DNA of 64,000 nt from Minisyncoccota bacterium (GTDB lineage: Bacteria; Patescibacteriota; Microgenomatia; UBA1400; PJMF01): contig JAOUMD010000002.1 in assembly GCA_029881675.1 (NCBI GenBank), positions 10,228 through 74,227 on the forward strand, written 5' to 3'. The notes under the pieces are model-generated. The model made no database searches. It was not told where the DNA came from and saw only the letters and a program-made list of their open reading frames with translations. Of this stretch, positions 48,372 through 62,411 are shown one piece after another (the stretch's first letter is position 1; each line of letters starts with the position of its first letter). The position numbers and the translations under genes are program-made.

Positions 48372-48626
48372 CTATTCCAATTCTGGTAATTCGAAAAAAC
48401 GAACAGCTGGTGGATTGGTACTCGCATGATAACTGAGAATCCTTTGCAACATCTCTAAGCCGATTGTGAGTTCGTCTAGAATAAAAATGGTGTCACCCAA
48501 TTCCATTCCAGTGCGAGTCTCTAGCGTAATGACCTTGGTACCAAGGTCTATGTTTCTCAGTTCATCTATGCTAAGTTCAGTCAACATACCTTTTTCAAGC
48601 ATGCGTCTCCACAGTTCTTTTATCAT
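48372..48626 (-). CDS. hypothetical protein (likely start MIKELW)
   Basis: GGGAGG SD before ATG 48626. Confidence 0.5.
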   Translation of the reverse strand: MIKELWRRMLEKGMLTELSIDELRNIDLGTKVITLETRTGMELGDTIFILDELTIGLEMLQRILSYHASTNPPAVRFFELPELE

Positions 48627-48871
48627 GACACCTCCCAGTATCAGATATCTTATCGATGCGTGAATTATATCATTATAAAGAGCAAAAGGCCTATTTAACG
48701 AATAAATATATGTTTTGTATATTTTTCTTTTTGAAACCACTTTTGTAAAAGTCTTGGTAACTCGAGTAAATAGTCACTATGTAATTGTTAGCGTAACCTG
48801 GAAGGCTGTGCCAAGGACCTGTAGCATTTTTGGATTTGTGAACTCCCCTCTTATGGTGATAGGGTAGATAC

Positions 48872-49810
48872 ATGAGTATCTCTACTCTTCCCCAACCCGC
48901 TTTAATTACATTTCTTGAACATTTAGAAGTTGAAAGAAATGTAAGTCCTTTAACTATTCGTAACTATAGTCACTATCTACGAAGGTTTTTAGACTGGTTT
49001 AATGATGAAGGTCATAAAGATTTAAAGCAATTAGACCAAGATGTTTTGAGACAATATAGAGTATATTTGGCACGGATAGAAGACCCTAATGGGCAAACAT
49101 TAGCCAAGAGCACACAGAGTTATCATATAATTGCTTTACGTTCTTTTCTTAAATACCTGGTAAAGAATGATGCCCCGGTATTACATCCAGAGAAGATAGA
49201 TTTGCCAAAAGCTGACGCAAAGCATATGAAGTATCTAAACGGCCAAGATCATGTAGAAAAGTTTCTAGCTCAACCTGATCTGAGTAGTAAGACAGGTTTA
49301 AGAGATAAGGCAATGTTGGAGGTTCTTTTTTCTACAGGATTACGTGTTAGTGAGCTTGTTTCTCTTAGTAGAGATCAGCTAAATATAGAATCTAGAGAGT
49401 TTGGAGTGATTGGAAAAGGTAGAAGACCAAGAGTTGTTTTTCTTTCTGATAGAGCTGCTACATGGTTAACCCAGTGGCTTAATTCCAGAGAAGATAATTG
49501 GCGTCCAGTCTTTATTCGTCTAGCTAAATCTAAGCCTGATTTACTAGCTGATGGTGAAGAAATGAGGCTAACTACCAGGAGTGTACAACGAGTTGTTGAC
49601 AAATATGCCAGACAAGCTAGACTACCTATCAAGATTAGTCCACATGGTTTAAGGCATACTTTTGCTACAGATCTACTTTCAAATGGTGCAGGACTAAGAG
49701 ATGTACAGGAGATGTTAGGGCATAAGAACATTGCTACTACACAGATCTATACACACGTTACACAGCCTAAGTTAAAGAAAACACACGGCGAATTTCATTC
49801 AAAACTATAA
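48872..49810 (+). CDS. XerC/XerD-family tyrosine recombinase
   Basis: TGLRVSEL, GKG, HGLRHTFAT, LGH, TTQIYT catalytic set; SAM-like N-domain. Confidence 0.93.
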   Translation: MSISTLPQPALITFLEHLEVERNVSPLTIRNYSHYLRRFLDWFNDEGHKDLKQLDQDVLRQYRVYLARIEDPNGQTLAKSTQSYHIIALRSFLKYLVKNDAPVLHPEKIDLPKADAKHMKYLNGQDHVEKFLAQPDLSSKTGLRDKAMLEVLFSTGLRVSELVSLSRDQLNIESREFGVIGKGRRPRVVFLSDRAATWLTQWLNSREDNWRPVFIRLAKSKPDLLADGEEMRLTTRSVQRVVDKYARQARLPIKISPHGLRHTFATDLLSNGAGLRDVQEMLGHKNIATTQIYTHVTQPKLKKTHGEFHSKL

Positions 49811-50156
49811 AAAAATAGCTAGATACACCTAAAAGTGTTATGAGTCATTAGCAGATAAGGCAAATCTTTGCTAAGAGGTCGGCTCACATATCAAAAGTTG
49901 CTGAATCAACCTTTTTCACCCCTCCCCTCCCCTTTCCTCTCAAATATTACAGATATTTAGAGTGTGTCTAAATGTTATTAAATATTAATTAAGTATGTAA
50001 ACAATATCTATTAAATACTATTTATATATAACTATATCAAAATAATAATAAAGAAAACATTTTTTATTTAAAAAATCACTGGCAGAGTGATCCAGTCGGT
50101 ATATGTTAATGGTCTCTATAAAGTGGAGTGTTTAAAATTTATTTTTTAGAAAATTG

Positions 50157-50230
50157 TGGACCCAAGGGGACTCGAACCCCTGACCTCTTGTATGCCATAC
50201 AAGCGCTCTAGCCAACTGAGCTATGGGCCC
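50157..50230 (-). tRNA. tRNA-Ala(GGC)
   Basis: GGGCCCA/TGGGTCC acceptor with G3:U70, anticodon arm CTTGT-ATGGCAT-ACAAG, GGTTCGAGTCC. Confidence 0.95.
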
Positions 50231-50304
50231 GTTTTAGGTATCTAAGGTATTTTACCTAATCTTAATTGTATTGTTAAACAAAGACCTGTTTTAGAGACTC
50301 CTAA

Positions 50305-53031
50305 TTACTTAGAAGCCTCTTCGCTAGGTGGTTCTTCCATGGTTAATGCAACTGCACCAATCTTATTTGTTTTACCAATTCTCATTAGGATAACACCTTG
50401 AGTAGCTCTACCAAGAACAGGGATAGATTTCTTGCTAATAGGTAGCTTGATTGTTTGTCCACCTTGGGTAGAAATAACTACTTCATTATTTTCATGAGTT
50501 ACCATTCTAGCTGCGGCAATCATTCCAGTCTTATTGTTAACAACAGATACTTTAACACCCATTCCAGATCTCTTTTGGAGTGGATAGCTAGAGAGTTTAG
50601 TTCTCTTACCTAGTCCATTCTCTGTGATAACAAGAAGTTGGTGGAATTCTTTCTTTGCTTTATTATCTTCTTCATATTCTATTGGGAATGATTCAAAACC
50701 GACGACATAATCATCTTTACCTAGCGTAATTCCTTTTACACCCTTAGTATCTCTTTGTGATGACTTGACTTCTTTCTCTGAGAATTTAATGCTTTTACCT
50801 TTATGGGTAATGAGCATGATATAGTTCTCACCTTCTGTAAGGCGTCCAGATACAAGCTCATCTTCTTTCTTGAGGGCAATAGCCACAATACCATTTTGTC
50901 TAATATTGTCATATAGCTTGAGTGCTGATTTTTTGATTAAACCTTTAGTTGTAGTGAGGAGAACAAATTTCTCTTTATCAGCTTCTTCATCAACTCTTAG
51001 TACTGTTTGGACTCTTTCGTCTGGTTTTAGATTAAGGAGGTTAACAATTGCAGTACCTTTTGCTTGTCGTTTAACTTCTGGAATTTCAAAAGCTTTAAGC
51101 TTGTAAACACGACCTTTATTGGTAAAAAAGAATAAGGTGTCATGAGTGGTTGCAGAGATCATGCTTTTAACTAGATCTTCATCCTTCATCTTGACTCCAA
51201 CGCTACCTTTTCCACCACGAGATTGTGATCTGAAAGATAATGGGCTGAGACGTTTTATATAGCCTGTCTCTGTGAGCATGATAACTGTAGATTCATTAGC
51301 GACTAAATCTTCTTCACTAAATTCTCCGACTTTACCTTTAACTAACTTAGTTCTTCTTTCATCCCCATAAAGAGAAATTAATTCCTCGGTGTCATTAATG
51401 ATCTGCTTGAGAATATCACCAGGTTTTGAAAGTAGTTTGAGCAATCTAGTAATTGTTTTCTTGATTTGTTCATACTCATCTTCAATTTTCTGTCTTTCTA
51501 ATGCAGCCAGTCTCTTAAGTTGCATTTCAAGAATTGCTGTAGCTTGGATTTCGGAGAGTTTGAAGGTATCCATCAATCTTTTTCTAGCAGTATCTGTGTC
51601 TGGAGATTTTTTAATGATTTCAACTACATCATCAAGATGTCCAAGGGCAATTAATAATCCTTCAAGGATGTGAGCTCTATCTCTAGCTTCAGCTAGCTCA
51701 TATTGTGAGCGTCTGACTGTAACAAGTTGTCTATGGACGATATATTCTTTGAGGATTTGCTTTATATTTAGTAGCTGTGGAACTCCTTCAGAGTTTAGAG
51801 CCACTACATTCATTGAGAATGTATTTTGTAATTGGGTGTACTTAAAGAGTTTATTTAAGACAACTTTTGGTCTGGCATCACGCTTAAGGTCAATAGTGAT
51901 CTGCATACCAGTACGGTCAGAATCATCATTAAGGTCGCGAATACCAACGATCTTTTTGTCTCTAACTAAATCTGCTATTTTTTCAATTAAACGAGCTTTA
52001 TTGACCTGGTATGGTAGCTCTGTGACAACAATCTTAAATCCTTTTTTATCTTCTTCGATTGTAGCTTTTGCTCTAACAACAACTTTACCTTTACCAGTTT
52101 CATAACCTCTTTTTATTTCAGCAAAGTCATACATGATACCTGCTGTAGGAAAATCTGGTCCTTTGATAGATTCCATGATTTCATCAATTGTAATATCAGA
52201 AACAAAATTTCCAGCTAATTGTTTTGGCTCTGCCTCAAGGATTGGAGCAATTCTTTCTGAAATAGGAGTTTTGTCGTCTTTGTTATTTGCAGCTAATAAG
52301 TCTTTTTTAAGCTGCTCATTTTCTTCAACTTTTGAACTACCCTTATTGATTGTTTCAACTATAGCTGTACAAACTTCAGTTAAGTTATGTGGTGGAATTT
52401 TTGTAGCCATTCCAACCGCAATACCTTCAGATCCCATTAGGAGTAAGTTAGGTAACTTACCAGGAAGAACTGTCGGTTCTTGCATAGAACCATCAAAGTT
52501 ATCTGCAAAGTCTACTGTATCTTTATTAAGATCACTTAAGAGTTCAGCAGTAATTTTTTCTAGTCTTGCCTCGGTATACCTCATCGCCGCTGGGCTATCA
52601 CCATCAACAGAACCAAAGTTACCTTGGCCATCTACTAGCTGATATCTCATACTAAAGTCTTGAGCTAAACGAACCATCGCCATATAAACTGATGAGTCAC
52701 CATGTGGATGGTATCTACCCAAAACATCACCAACAATACGAGCAGATTTCTTGTATGAACTTGTATGATGTATACCAGCTTTATACATTGAGAAAAGAAT
52801 TCTTCTATGAACAGGTTTTAATCCATCACGCACATCAGGAAGTGCACGGGAAACAATGACACTCATTGCATAATCAAGATAGGACTTTTCCATTTCTTGA
52901 ACGATTGAAGTATGGCTTATTTTCCCAAATCTACTTTCGGTGATAGTACCAACTAAGGATTCAGTATCTGCCTGAGTGACTTCTTCAACTCCTTCTTGAT
53001 TTTCTGCTGGTGTTTTTGTTTCTTCTGTCAT
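50305..53031 (-). CDS. gyrA: DNA gyrase subunit A
   Basis: [21 protein letters not shown], GyrA-box QSRGGKG. Confidence 0.97.
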   Translation of the reverse strand: MTEETKTPAENQEGVEEVTQADTESLVGTITESRFGKISHTSIVQEMEKSYLDYAMSVIVSRALPDVRDGLKPVHRRILFSMYKAGIHHTSSYKKSARIVGDVLGRYHPHGDSSVYMAMVRLAQDFSMRYQLVDGQGNFGSVDGDSPAAMRYTEARLEKITAELLSDLNKDTVDFADNFDGSMQEPTVLPGKLPNLLLMGSEGIAVGMATKIPPHNLTEVCTAIVETINKGSSKVEENEQLKKDLLAANNKDDKTPISERIAPILEAEPKQLAGNFVSDITIDEIMESIKGPDFPTAGIMYDFAEIKRGYETGKGKVVVRAKATIEEDKKGFKIVVTELPYQVNKARLIEKIADLVRDKKIVGIRDLNDDSDRTGMQITIDLKRDARPKVVLNKLFKYTQLQNTFSMNVVALNSEGVPQLLNIKQILKEYIVHRQLVTVRRSQYELAEARDRAHILEGLLIALGHLDDVVEIIKKSPDTDTARKRLMDTFKLSEIQATAILEMQLKRLAALERQKIEDEYEQIKKTITRLLKLLSKPGDILKQIINDTEELISLYGDERRTKLVKGKVGEFSEEDLVANESTVIMLTETGYIKRLSPLSFRSQSRGGKGSVGVKMKDEDLVKSMISATTHDTLFFFTNKGRVYKLKAFEIPEVKRQAKGTAIVNLLNLKPDERVQTVLRVDEEADKEKFVLLTTTKGLIKKSALKLYDNIRQNGIVAIALKKEDELVSGRLTEGENYIMLITHKGKSIKFSEKEVKSSQRDTKGVKGITLGKDDYVVGFESFPIEYEEDNKAKKEFHQLLVITENGLGKRTKLSSYPLQKRSGMGVKVSVVNNKTGMIAAARMVTHENNEVVISTQGGQTIKLPISKKSIPVLGRATQGVILMRIGKTNKIGAVALTMEEPPSEEASK

Positions 53032-53052
53032 ACTTTTTTAATCCTTTTTTGT

Positions 53053-54006
53053 TTAAGTTAGGGCCTTTTCAATAGCTGGTGCTATCTCTTTTTTACGGCT
53101 CATTTTTGGTCCAATATCTAAAGTGTTATTTTCAACAGTTCCACCAAATGCTTTACTAGCAATAGCTTCACTTTCATCACCAAGGATGAGGAGTTTGGTA
53201 TTTATCTTGAGGATGTCAGTGATAGCAACAAAGATATGGTCAACACCTTGGTCTATTTTGACGGTTTCCATAGCCTTTAAGAGTCCATCTTTTTTATCTG
53301 AAAGGATAACGTCTTGTTCGACTGTTTCAAGTTGGTCAATTAAGACCTTCTTTCCTCCAAAGTCAAATATTTTATAGTCATTTGTAACAATTTGCTCATT
53401 AGACAGTTTTGAAACATCTGATTTTGCTTTAAATATTTCTAAGGTAAAAGATTCTATATCTGTAATTTCAGCTATTTGGGATAATTCTTTCCCAAATTGT
53501 TCATCTTTCATGGTTGTAGTAGCTGATTTAAAACCAACTGTGTCAGAAAGAATTGCAGCTAACATTAAAGAAGCAATCTTTTTATCTGGAGTTACACCTT
53601 TCATCTTCATCATGTGATAGATGACTGTACTAGTAGATCCCCATGGTCTAAAAATTAAACAAACCGGTTGGTTAAGGTTAATATTTGCTTTATGGTGGTC
53701 AACAATACTAACAATTTGATCTTGATTCATTCCTTCTAGTCTCTGAGACTCTTCATTATGGTCAACTAAGATAATTTGATCATCTTCTTTGATATCATTC
53801 GCAGTGATTATCTGAGGTGTCTCAATACCAAATTTATTAAAGAGGAAAGTAGTCTCTGGGTTTAGTGCCCCAACAATAACTGCTTTGGAGTTTTCATGAG
53901 CAGGGTTCTTTTCTGATGCATTATTATTATGTAAATACTCTAAAGCCATGGCAGAAACGACAGCATCTGTATCTGGTTTTAAGTGACCGAAAATGTATGT
54001 ATTCAT
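53053..54006 (-). CDS. ppaC: manganese-dependent inorganic pyrophosphatase (family II)
   Basis: GHLKPDTD, LVDHNE, DHH, AILSDT, SRKK. Confidence 0.93.
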   Translation of the reverse strand: MNTYIFGHLKPDTDAVVSAMALEYLHNNNASEKNPAHENSKAVIVGALNPETTFLFNKFGIETPQIITANDIKEDDQIILVDHNEESQRLEGMNQDQIVSIVDHHKANINLNQPVCLIFRPWGSTSTVIYHMMKMKGVTPDKKIASLMLAAILSDTVGFKSATTTMKDEQFGKELSQIAEITDIESFTLEIFKAKSDVSKLSNEQIVTNDYKIFDFGGKKVLIDQLETVEQDVILSDKKDGLLKAMETVKIDQGVDHIFVAITDILKINTKLLILGDESEAIASKAFGGTVENNTLDIGPKMSRKKEIAPAIEKALT

Positions 54007-54033
54007 AATATTCCTTCCTACCCTTTTGTGGGT

Positions 54034-56058
<2,025 letters not shown>

Positions 56059-56120
56059 TTATACCACATAGCTATACTCTTTTCCAAGCTTGACTTTCTC
56101 CATAAAGGCTTTCTATGGTG

Positions 56121-56822
56121 TCAAAATCGGCTTTTTATAGCAAAGAAGTGGTTCTCTAGGGTTAGTAATACGTTTGAATTTTGCTTTAATTGAGACAGGC
56201 AAATTGAAAGATCGGTCAATCCATTAGTGATTTGAATAGAAGGATTTTCTTGATTTTTCTCATGAAGAAATTTTATTAAGGCGTTAATTAAATCAGTGGC
56301 TTCTCCCCGATCTTTGTACTGTCCACTGACTTCTATGATATCTGCAAATGAACCGGTGGATATTACTTTCCAGACATTGTTAAGCTTTGCTGTAACTTCA
56401 GAATCTTCACCAAATTCTTTATTTTTGTTCTCATCACATTTTTTAATAACACAACGAGACTTAATTGTTTCTAAAACTCCGTTTAGAGTATTACATTGGA
56501 GGACAAATTGAACATAATCAGGATGTTCTTCCAGTGACTTAAGGAAGGCATTCTGAGCTGGAATAGTACACTTCTCAAAGTTATATAAGATAAATGTTTT
56601 TAGTTTTTCTTTACTTGGTGGGTAAATAACTTGACTATTTATTTCTCTAATTTCTTTTATTTTGATATTCTCGTTATTTTCATTGATCAAATATAAATCG
56701 GGATTATTGTCTAATTTAATGCTCAAACCTACATTGAGGGTTTGAATAATTGATTTTTGATGGGAGCAAAGTAGGAGTGTTGAGGACATGTGACTATTTT
56801 TATCTTGTTTAGTTTCATTCAA
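56121..56822 (-). CDS. holB: DNA polymerase III delta'-like protein (reduced)
   Basis: NPDL, IKIKEIR, AQNAFLKSLEE, TIKSRC. Confidence 0.75.
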   Translation of the reverse strand: MNETKQDKNSHMSSTLLLCSHQKSIIQTLNVGLSIKLDNNPDLYLINENNENIKIKEIREINSQVIYPPSKEKLKTFILYNFEKCTIPAQNAFLKSLEEHPDYVQFVLQCNTLNGVLETIKSRCVIKKCDENKNKEFGEDSEVTAKLNNVWKVISTGSFADIIEVSGQYKDRGEATDLINALIKFLHEKNQENPSIQITNGLTDLSICLSQLKQNSNVLLTLENHFFAIKSRF

Positions 56823-56851
56823 TCTTATATCATGAGATTAGACAAATTAAT

Positions 56852-58627
56852 ATGCAACAAGCTGCCCCGCCAGTACCTGCTCCTAGCGTTGTTTCTAGTC
56901 CACAATCAGTGGCTGACGTTTTAGTGGCAAAAGGATTGATAACACAGGAACAAATTAATCAAGTCACTTTAGAACAAGCCGGAACAAGTAAAACTATCCC
57001 CCAAATAATTTTAGAAAAACAGTTAGTTTCTGAAGAAGATCTAACCCGTGCAAAATCTGAGTTAAACAATATCCCTTTTATTGATATTGCACAGACGGGA
57101 GCTTCCCCAGAGTCGCTTAGTTTAATACAAGAAAGTGTTGCCAGAAGATATCATTTAATGCCTTTCACTCATGATAAGGCTGCTGGAACAATTTCTTTAG
57201 CGATGAGTGATCCTCTCGATATGACAGCAATTGATTTTGCTAGGCAGAAGACTGGTCTCGAAATTATTCCTTTCTATGCTGTCCCCTCTGAGTTAGAGAG
57301 ATCATTGACTGAGCGCTATGCACAAAGTTTATCATCTGAGGTTAGTCAGGCTTTGGAGGAATCTACTCAAGTTAGAAAAGCAAAAACTCAAGAATCAGAT
57401 CTATCTCAACTGCAAGGTCAAACTTTAAGGCAAGCTCCAGTTACAAAAATTATTGATACAGTTCTCTCTTTTGCGATGAAGGCAGGATCTTCTGATATTC
57501 ATATTGAACCACAAGAAGCCAGAACTAGAGTTAGATATAGAATTGACGGAATTTTACAAGAGAAATTAATATTACCTAAGTCAGTTCACGATGCGGTTGT
57601 TTCTCGTGTCAAGATTTTGTCTAATTTAAAAATTGATGAAAAACGTATACCTCAGGATGGACGTTTTAATTTTGTCGCTAATAGTGAGGAAGTTGATCTT
57701 CGTGTCTCTACTCTTCCAACAGTCCATGGAGAAAAAATTGTTATGCGTTTGTTGAAGAAAAATTCAACTGTGCCTACCATGGAAGAATTGGGACTAAGGG
57801 GTATTGCTTTGCAACATCTTAAGGATGCTATTAAGGTGCCTCGTGGAATTATTTTAGTGACTGGTCCTACTGGATCTGGTAAAACAACAACTCTCTATTC
57901 AATTTTGCATCAGGTGAATAAACCTAGTGTAAATATTGTGACTCTTGAAGATCCGGTTGAGTACCAGATGATTGGAGTCAATCAGGTTCAAACTAATCCT
58001 CAAGCAGGTTTAACTTTTGCTTCTGGAATGAGATCATTTTTGAGACAAGATCCTAACATTATCATGGTTGGTGAGATTCGTGATAATGAAACTGCAGATT
58101 TGGCAATTCAAGCGTCACTGACAGGTCATTTGGTCTTCTCTACTCTTCACACAAATTCAGCTGCTGGAGCTTTACCTCGTTTGCTTGATATGAAAGCGGA
58201 ACCTTTCTTACTTGCATCTTCTATGACTTTAACCATGGGTCAGCGTATTACTAGAAAAATTAATACCGAGTTTAGAGAAGAATATAAACCAGAGCCAGCT
58301 GTACTTGAGGATATTAAAACAGTTTTAGGTGGTTATTTTGACCTTTGGTGTAAGCAAAACAAAAAAGATCCTAATAATATTACTTTATTTAGACCAAAGG
58401 CTGATCGACCTCCAACAGAACCTGAATATAAAGGTCGTGTCGGTATCTTTGAAGTGATGCCAATCTCTGAAGAAATTAGAAAACTAATTTTAGAAAGGCG
58501 TCCTGGTGGTGAATTAGAAAGACAAGCAATGTCTGAGGGAATGATGCAGATGAAGCAAGATGGCTATATAAAAGTACTAAACGGTGAGACTACAATAGAA
58601 GAAGTGCTCAGAGTAGCAGAAATTTAA
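56852..58627 (+). CDS. pilB: type IV pilus assembly ATPase PilB/GspE
   Basis: SDIHIEP, PQDGR, GPTGSGKTTT, LRQDP, TGHLVFSTLH. Confidence 0.93.
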   Translation: MQQAAPPVPAPSVVSSPQSVADVLVAKGLITQEQINQVTLEQAGTSKTIPQIILEKQLVSEEDLTRAKSELNNIPFIDIAQTGASPESLSLIQESVARRYHLMPFTHDKAAGTISLAMSDPLDMTAIDFARQKTGLEIIPFYAVPSELERSLTERYAQSLSSEVSQALEESTQVRKAKTQESDLSQLQGQTLRQAPVTKIIDTVLSFAMKAGSSDIHIEPQEARTRVRYRIDGILQEKLILPKSVHDAVVSRVKILSNLKIDEKRIPQDGRFNFVANSEEVDLRVSTLPTVHGEKIVMRLLKKNSTVPTMEELGLRGIALQHLKDAIKVPRGIILVTGPTGSGKTTTLYSILHQVNKPSVNIVTLEDPVEYQMIGVNQVQTNPQAGLTFASGMRSFLRQDPNIIMVGEIRDNETADLAIQASLTGHLVFSTLHTNSAAGALPRLLDMKAEPFLLASSMTLTMGQRITRKINTEFREEYKPEPAVLEDIKTVLGGYFDLWCKQNKKDPNNITLFRPKADRPPTEPEYKGRVGIFEVMPISEEIRKLILERRPGGELERQAMSEGMMQMKQDGYIKVLNGETTIEEVLRVAEI

Positions 58628-58632
58628 AGACT

Positions 58633-59688
58633 ATGAATATATTTGACATAATGGAGCTAATTATTAGCAAGAATGGATCTGATATCCATCTTATTACTAA
58701 GTCACCACCGATGATTCGTGTTCATGGGAATTTAGAGCCTGTTGAAGGTATTCCTGCTTTAAATGCAGAGCAGGCTAAGATGTTAATTGATCCCTTAATG
58801 ACCAAGGAACAAAAAGATTATGTCAAAGTTAATAAAGAAATTGACTTTGGTTTCCAATATAAAGATAAGGGTCGATTTAGGGTTAACGTTTATCATCAAC
58901 AGGGTGATATGGGGGCTGCATTACGTTTGATTCCTGCCGAAATTAAAACTATTGAGGATTTGCAACTTCCTGATATTTTTCATAAATTTACAAAATATAA
59001 GCAGGGATTAGTTTTAATTACTGGTCCAACTGGTGAAGGTAAATCTACTACTCTTGCAGCGATGATTGAAGAAGTTAACTCAACTCGTGGTGAGCATATT
59101 TTAACTATTGAAGATCCTGTTGAGTTTATTTATCAACCTAAGCAAAGTATTATTTCTCAAAGAGAGATTAATAAAGATACTCACTCATGGGCAGTTGCTT
59201 TGAGATCAGCGTTGAGAGAAGATCCTGATGTAGTACTTGTCGGTGAGATGAGAGATTATGAAACAATCTCAGCAGCACTGACTGTGGCTGAGACTGGTCA
59301 TTTAGTCTTTGGAACTCTTCATACATCTTCTGCTGCTCAAACTATTGATAGAATTATTGATGTTTTCCCTGCAAGTCAACAAAATCAAATCAGGCAACAA
59401 TTAGCTTCATCTTTACAGGCCGTTATTTCTCAGAGGTTAGTTCCTGTTGTTAATGGTGGCAGAATGGCTGCTGTAGAAATTATGACTGCAATTCCAGCTA
59501 TTAGAAATTTGATTAGAGAAGAAAAGATTTTCCAAATAGATAATATTATTCAAACATCAGGAGAACATGGGATGATGCTGATGGAGTCTAGTTTGATGGG
59601 AATGGTTCAAAGAGGCGCTATCTCAAAAGAAGTAGCTGTCGCCTATTCATTTAGACCACAAGAAATGAAACGTTTATTAGGAATGTAG
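58633..59688 (+). CDS. pilT: pilus retraction ATPase PilT
   Basis: GPTGEGKSTT, ALREDPD, AIRNLIRE. Confidence 0.94.
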   Translation: MNIFDIMELIISKNGSDIHLITKSPPMIRVHGNLEPVEGIPALNAEQAKMLIDPLMTKEQKDYVKVNKEIDFGFQYKDKGRFRVNVYHQQGDMGAALRLIPAEIKTIEDLQLPDIFHKFTKYKQGLVLITGPTGEGKSTTLAAMIEEVNSTRGEHILTIEDPVEFIYQPKQSIISQREINKDTHSWAVALRSALREDPDVVLVGEMRDYETISAALTVAETGHLVFGTLHTSSAAQTIDRIIDVFPASQQNQIRQQLASSLQAVISQRLVPVVNGGRMAAVEIMTAIPAIRNLIREEKIFQIDNIIQTSGEHGMMLMESSLMGMVQRGAISKEVAVAYSFRPQEMKRLLGM

Positions 59689-59698
59689 ATATAAATAA

Positions 59699-60901
59699 AT
59701 GCCTTTTTATAAGTATACCGCCAAGAATGAACATGCTGAGACAGTCAAAGGAAAGGTTGAAGCCCAGAATAAGTCTCAAGCAGTTCAAGTTTTAAAGAGC
59801 CGTGATTTATTTGTGGTCAATTTATTATTGGAAGGAGAAGGCTCTTTTACAGTTTTAAGCTCATTGGTCTCTGGAGTAAAGTATGATGACATTGTCAACT
59901 TTACTAGACAGCTTTCTACCATGATCACTGCTGGTTTACCTTTGACTGAAGCTCTTTCAATTTTAGAACAGCAAGGAAAGCCAGCTGTTGTAAAAGTAAT
60001 TAGTGAATTACTTAAAGAGATTGAAGGTGGTTCTACCTTTGCCAAAGCATTAGAAAAATTTCCTAAACATTTTACAAAAGTTTATACACAACTTGTTAGA
60101 GCTGGTGAGACAGCCGGTGTTTTGGATGAAGTTTTACAACGTCTAGCTGAGAATATGGAGAAAGATAAAGAGTTTAAAGCAAAAACAAAAGGTGCTCTTA
60201 TTTATCCAGCAATTGTGATGCTTGCTATGATGATTGTCGGTACCATTATGATGGTTGTTGTTGTTCCAAAACTGACAGATATGTATAAAGATTTTGGAGC
60301 TGAGTTACCTGGTCCTACCCAATTCTTGATTGATTTATCTGGTTTTGTTAAGAAAACTTGGTATCTGCAAATTGTTTTTGGTGTGGCAGGATTCTTTGGA
60401 ATGAAACAATGGACTAAAACAAGGCAAGGGGCTATTCAAGTTTCCACCCTAAAGTTTAAGATCCCTATTTATGGAAAGCTGACAAAAAAGGTTATCTTAA
60501 CTGAGATGACAAGGACAATGTCATTGTTATTATCAGCAGGTATTTCTTTACTTCAAGTTTTAGAAATTGTGACAGAAGCATCCTCTTCTGCCCTCTATCA
60601 GGAAGAATTAAAACTAGCCGCAAAGAAAGTAGAAAAGGGTGTCTCCTTTGCACAAACTTTAACAAACCAGGAACTTTTTCCAATCATCTTATCTCAAATG
60701 GCATCTGTTGGTGAAGAGACAGGAAAATTAGATGAAGTATTACTGAAGATTTCATCTTATTTTCAATCAGAAAGTGAGCATGAAATTAAGAATCTAACAA
60801 CAGCTTTAGAACCGTTTATTATGATTATCTTAGCAATTGGAGTTGGTTTTATGACTATTGCGATTATTATGCCAATCTACAGTTTGACTAGTCAGTTCTA
60901 G
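59699..60901 (+). CDS. pilC: type IV pilus platform protein PilC/GspF
   Basis: FTRQLSTMITAGLPL, GETAG, ALIYP, GEETGKLD, LEP. Confidence 0.93.
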   Translation: MPFYKYTAKNEHAETVKGKVEAQNKSQAVQVLKSRDLFVVNLLLEGEGSFTVLSSLVSGVKYDDIVNFTRQLSTMITAGLPLTEALSILEQQGKPAVVKVISELLKEIEGGSTFAKALEKFPKHFTKVYTQLVRAGETAGVLDEVLQRLAENMEKDKEFKAKTKGALIYPAIVMLAMMIVGTIMMVVVVPKLTDMYKDFGAELPGPTQFLIDLSGFVKKTWYLQIVFGVAGFFGMKQWTKTRQGAIQVSTLKFKIPIYGKLTKKVILTEMTRTMSLLLSAGISLLQVLEIVTEASSSALYQEELKLAAKKVEKGVSFAQTLTNQELFPIILSQMASVGEETGKLDEVLLKISSYFQSESEHEIKNLTTALEPFIMIILAIGVGFMTIAIIMPIYSLTSQF

Positions 60902-60938
60902 CAAGTGTATTATTAATCATATATACTTTTATTGAATT

Positions 60939-61565
60939 ATGAAAAAAGCTAAACAACACATGAGAAATTTTCTTTCAAAATTACAGACTAGCCGTTCTGG
61001 TTTTACGATGATCGAGTTATTAGTTGTTATTTCTGTTATTGGAATTTTAGCTGTTGCAGTGCTCTCTTCAATCAATCCGATTGAACAAATTAATAAGGGT
61101 CGAGATACTCGTACTAGGTCCGATGCTGCCCAGCTTATTAATGCTGTTGATAGATACTTCTCTATTCAAGAAACATACCCATGGAATGATGCCAATGGGA
61201 CTGATTGGACTCCTACTACTAGTTATGATGAATATGATGAAGAATTTGTTAGTGTAGGTGGAAGTGCTGCTGCATGGGGTTGGATTCAAATTTTAACAGA
61301 TGTTCAGGAAGTTAAAAAAGGTTTTGTAACTCGTGTCATTAATGATGATAATGTAATTGTCTTCAAAGCTACCGGAGCTAATGAGACTATGTACGCTTGT
61401 TTCTTACCTGCTTCAAACTCTTTTAAGAGAGAAGCTGCAACAAATTGTGATTCATCCGTAGGAGTTACCCCATATGGTACTGGAGATGGTGTCCCTTCCT
61501 CTGTCACAACCTGTGCTACTAGAGATGGTACTACAGATGAAGCTAATTATATCTGCTTGCCTTAA
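60939..61565 (+). CDS. type IV pilin
   Basis: G|FTMIELLVV prepilin cleavage motif. Confidence 0.9.
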   Translation: MKKAKQHMRNFLSKLQTSRSGFTMIELLVVISVIGILAVAVLSSINPIEQINKGRDTRTRSDAAQLINAVDRYFSIQETYPWNDANGTDWTPTTSYDEYDEEFVSVGGSAAAWGWIQILTDVQEVKKGFVTRVINDDNVIVFKATGANETMYACFLPASNSFKREAATNCDSSVGVTPYGTGDGVPSSVTTCATRDGTTDEANYICLP

Positions 61566-61577
61566 TAGGATGTAGAT

Positions 61578-62390
61578 ATGCTGATCCCCTTTCTGATCAT
61601 AAGTTTAGCACTATTCTTTACGGGAGCTGCCATCGGCAGCTTCCTTAATGTAGTTATTTATAGATCTCTTAATGATGAATCCTGGGTAACTGGTAGATCT
61701 AGATGTGATAGCTGTCGTAAAAAGATAAGCTGGTATGACAATATCCCTGTACTTTCTTATTTAATATTACGAGCTAAGTGTCGTTTCTGTAAAAAACCAA
61801 TTGCCCTAACTCACCCCGTTGTAGAAGTACTAGTTGGAAGTCTTTTTGTTTGGTGGTATTGGTCTGCTAGTATTTTCTTTACATTGACTCAAAGACCATT
61901 TGAGGTGTTACAACCAGCTTTTTGGTTAGTGGTTGGTATTATTTTAATAGCTATTCTTGTTACTGATTACCTTTATTATATTATTCCTGATTCTTTTGTA
62001 ATTCTTTTACTTGGTTTAACTATAATTTATCGTGCTGCTTTAGTTGGCTTTGGAATTATGCAAACCAATGATTTAATCATGGCTATATTTGGAATGATTT
62101 TATCCGTTCTATTCATTGGGAGTTTGTGGTTTTTTACTAGAGGAAAAGGGATGGGCCTTGGTGATGTTAAATTGATGGTTCCACTCTCTTTATTACTTGG
62201 ATGGCCAAACACTTTAGTTGGATTATTTTTGAGTTTTATCTTAGGTGGCTTTGTCGGTGGTGGTTTACTTTTATCAAAGAGAAAGAAAATGGGACAAGTA
62301 GTGCCATTTGGTCCTTTCTTGATTTTAGGAACTTTTATATCATTGATATGGGGAGATCAAATCCTAACTTGGTATTTGTCTTTTCTATAA
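61578..62390 (+). CDS. pilD: prepilin peptidase
   Basis: GSFLNVVIYR, RSRC..C, GMGLGDVKL, VPFGPFL. Confidence 0.93.
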   Translation: MLIPFLIISLALFFTGAAIGSFLNVVIYRSLNDESWVTGRSRCDSCRKKISWYDNIPVLSYLILRAKCRFCKKPIALTHPVVEVLVGSLFVWWYWSASIFFTLTQRPFEVLQPAFWLVVGIILIAILVTDYLYYIIPDSFVILLLGLTIIYRAALVGFGIMQTNDLIMAIFGMILSVLFIGSLWFFTRGKGMGLGDVKLMVPLSLLLGWPNTLVGLFLSFILGGFVGGGLLLSKRKKMGQVVPFGPFLILGTFISLIWGDQILTWYLSFL

Positions 62391-62411
62391 GCACTTTGTA
62401 AGGGATATAAA

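Noticed and set aside
47371-50230. Integrative element at tRNA-Ala with the recombinase as its integrase
   Set aside because: No convincing duplication of the tRNA 3' end, no cargo genes, and the protein looks like a housekeeping Xer
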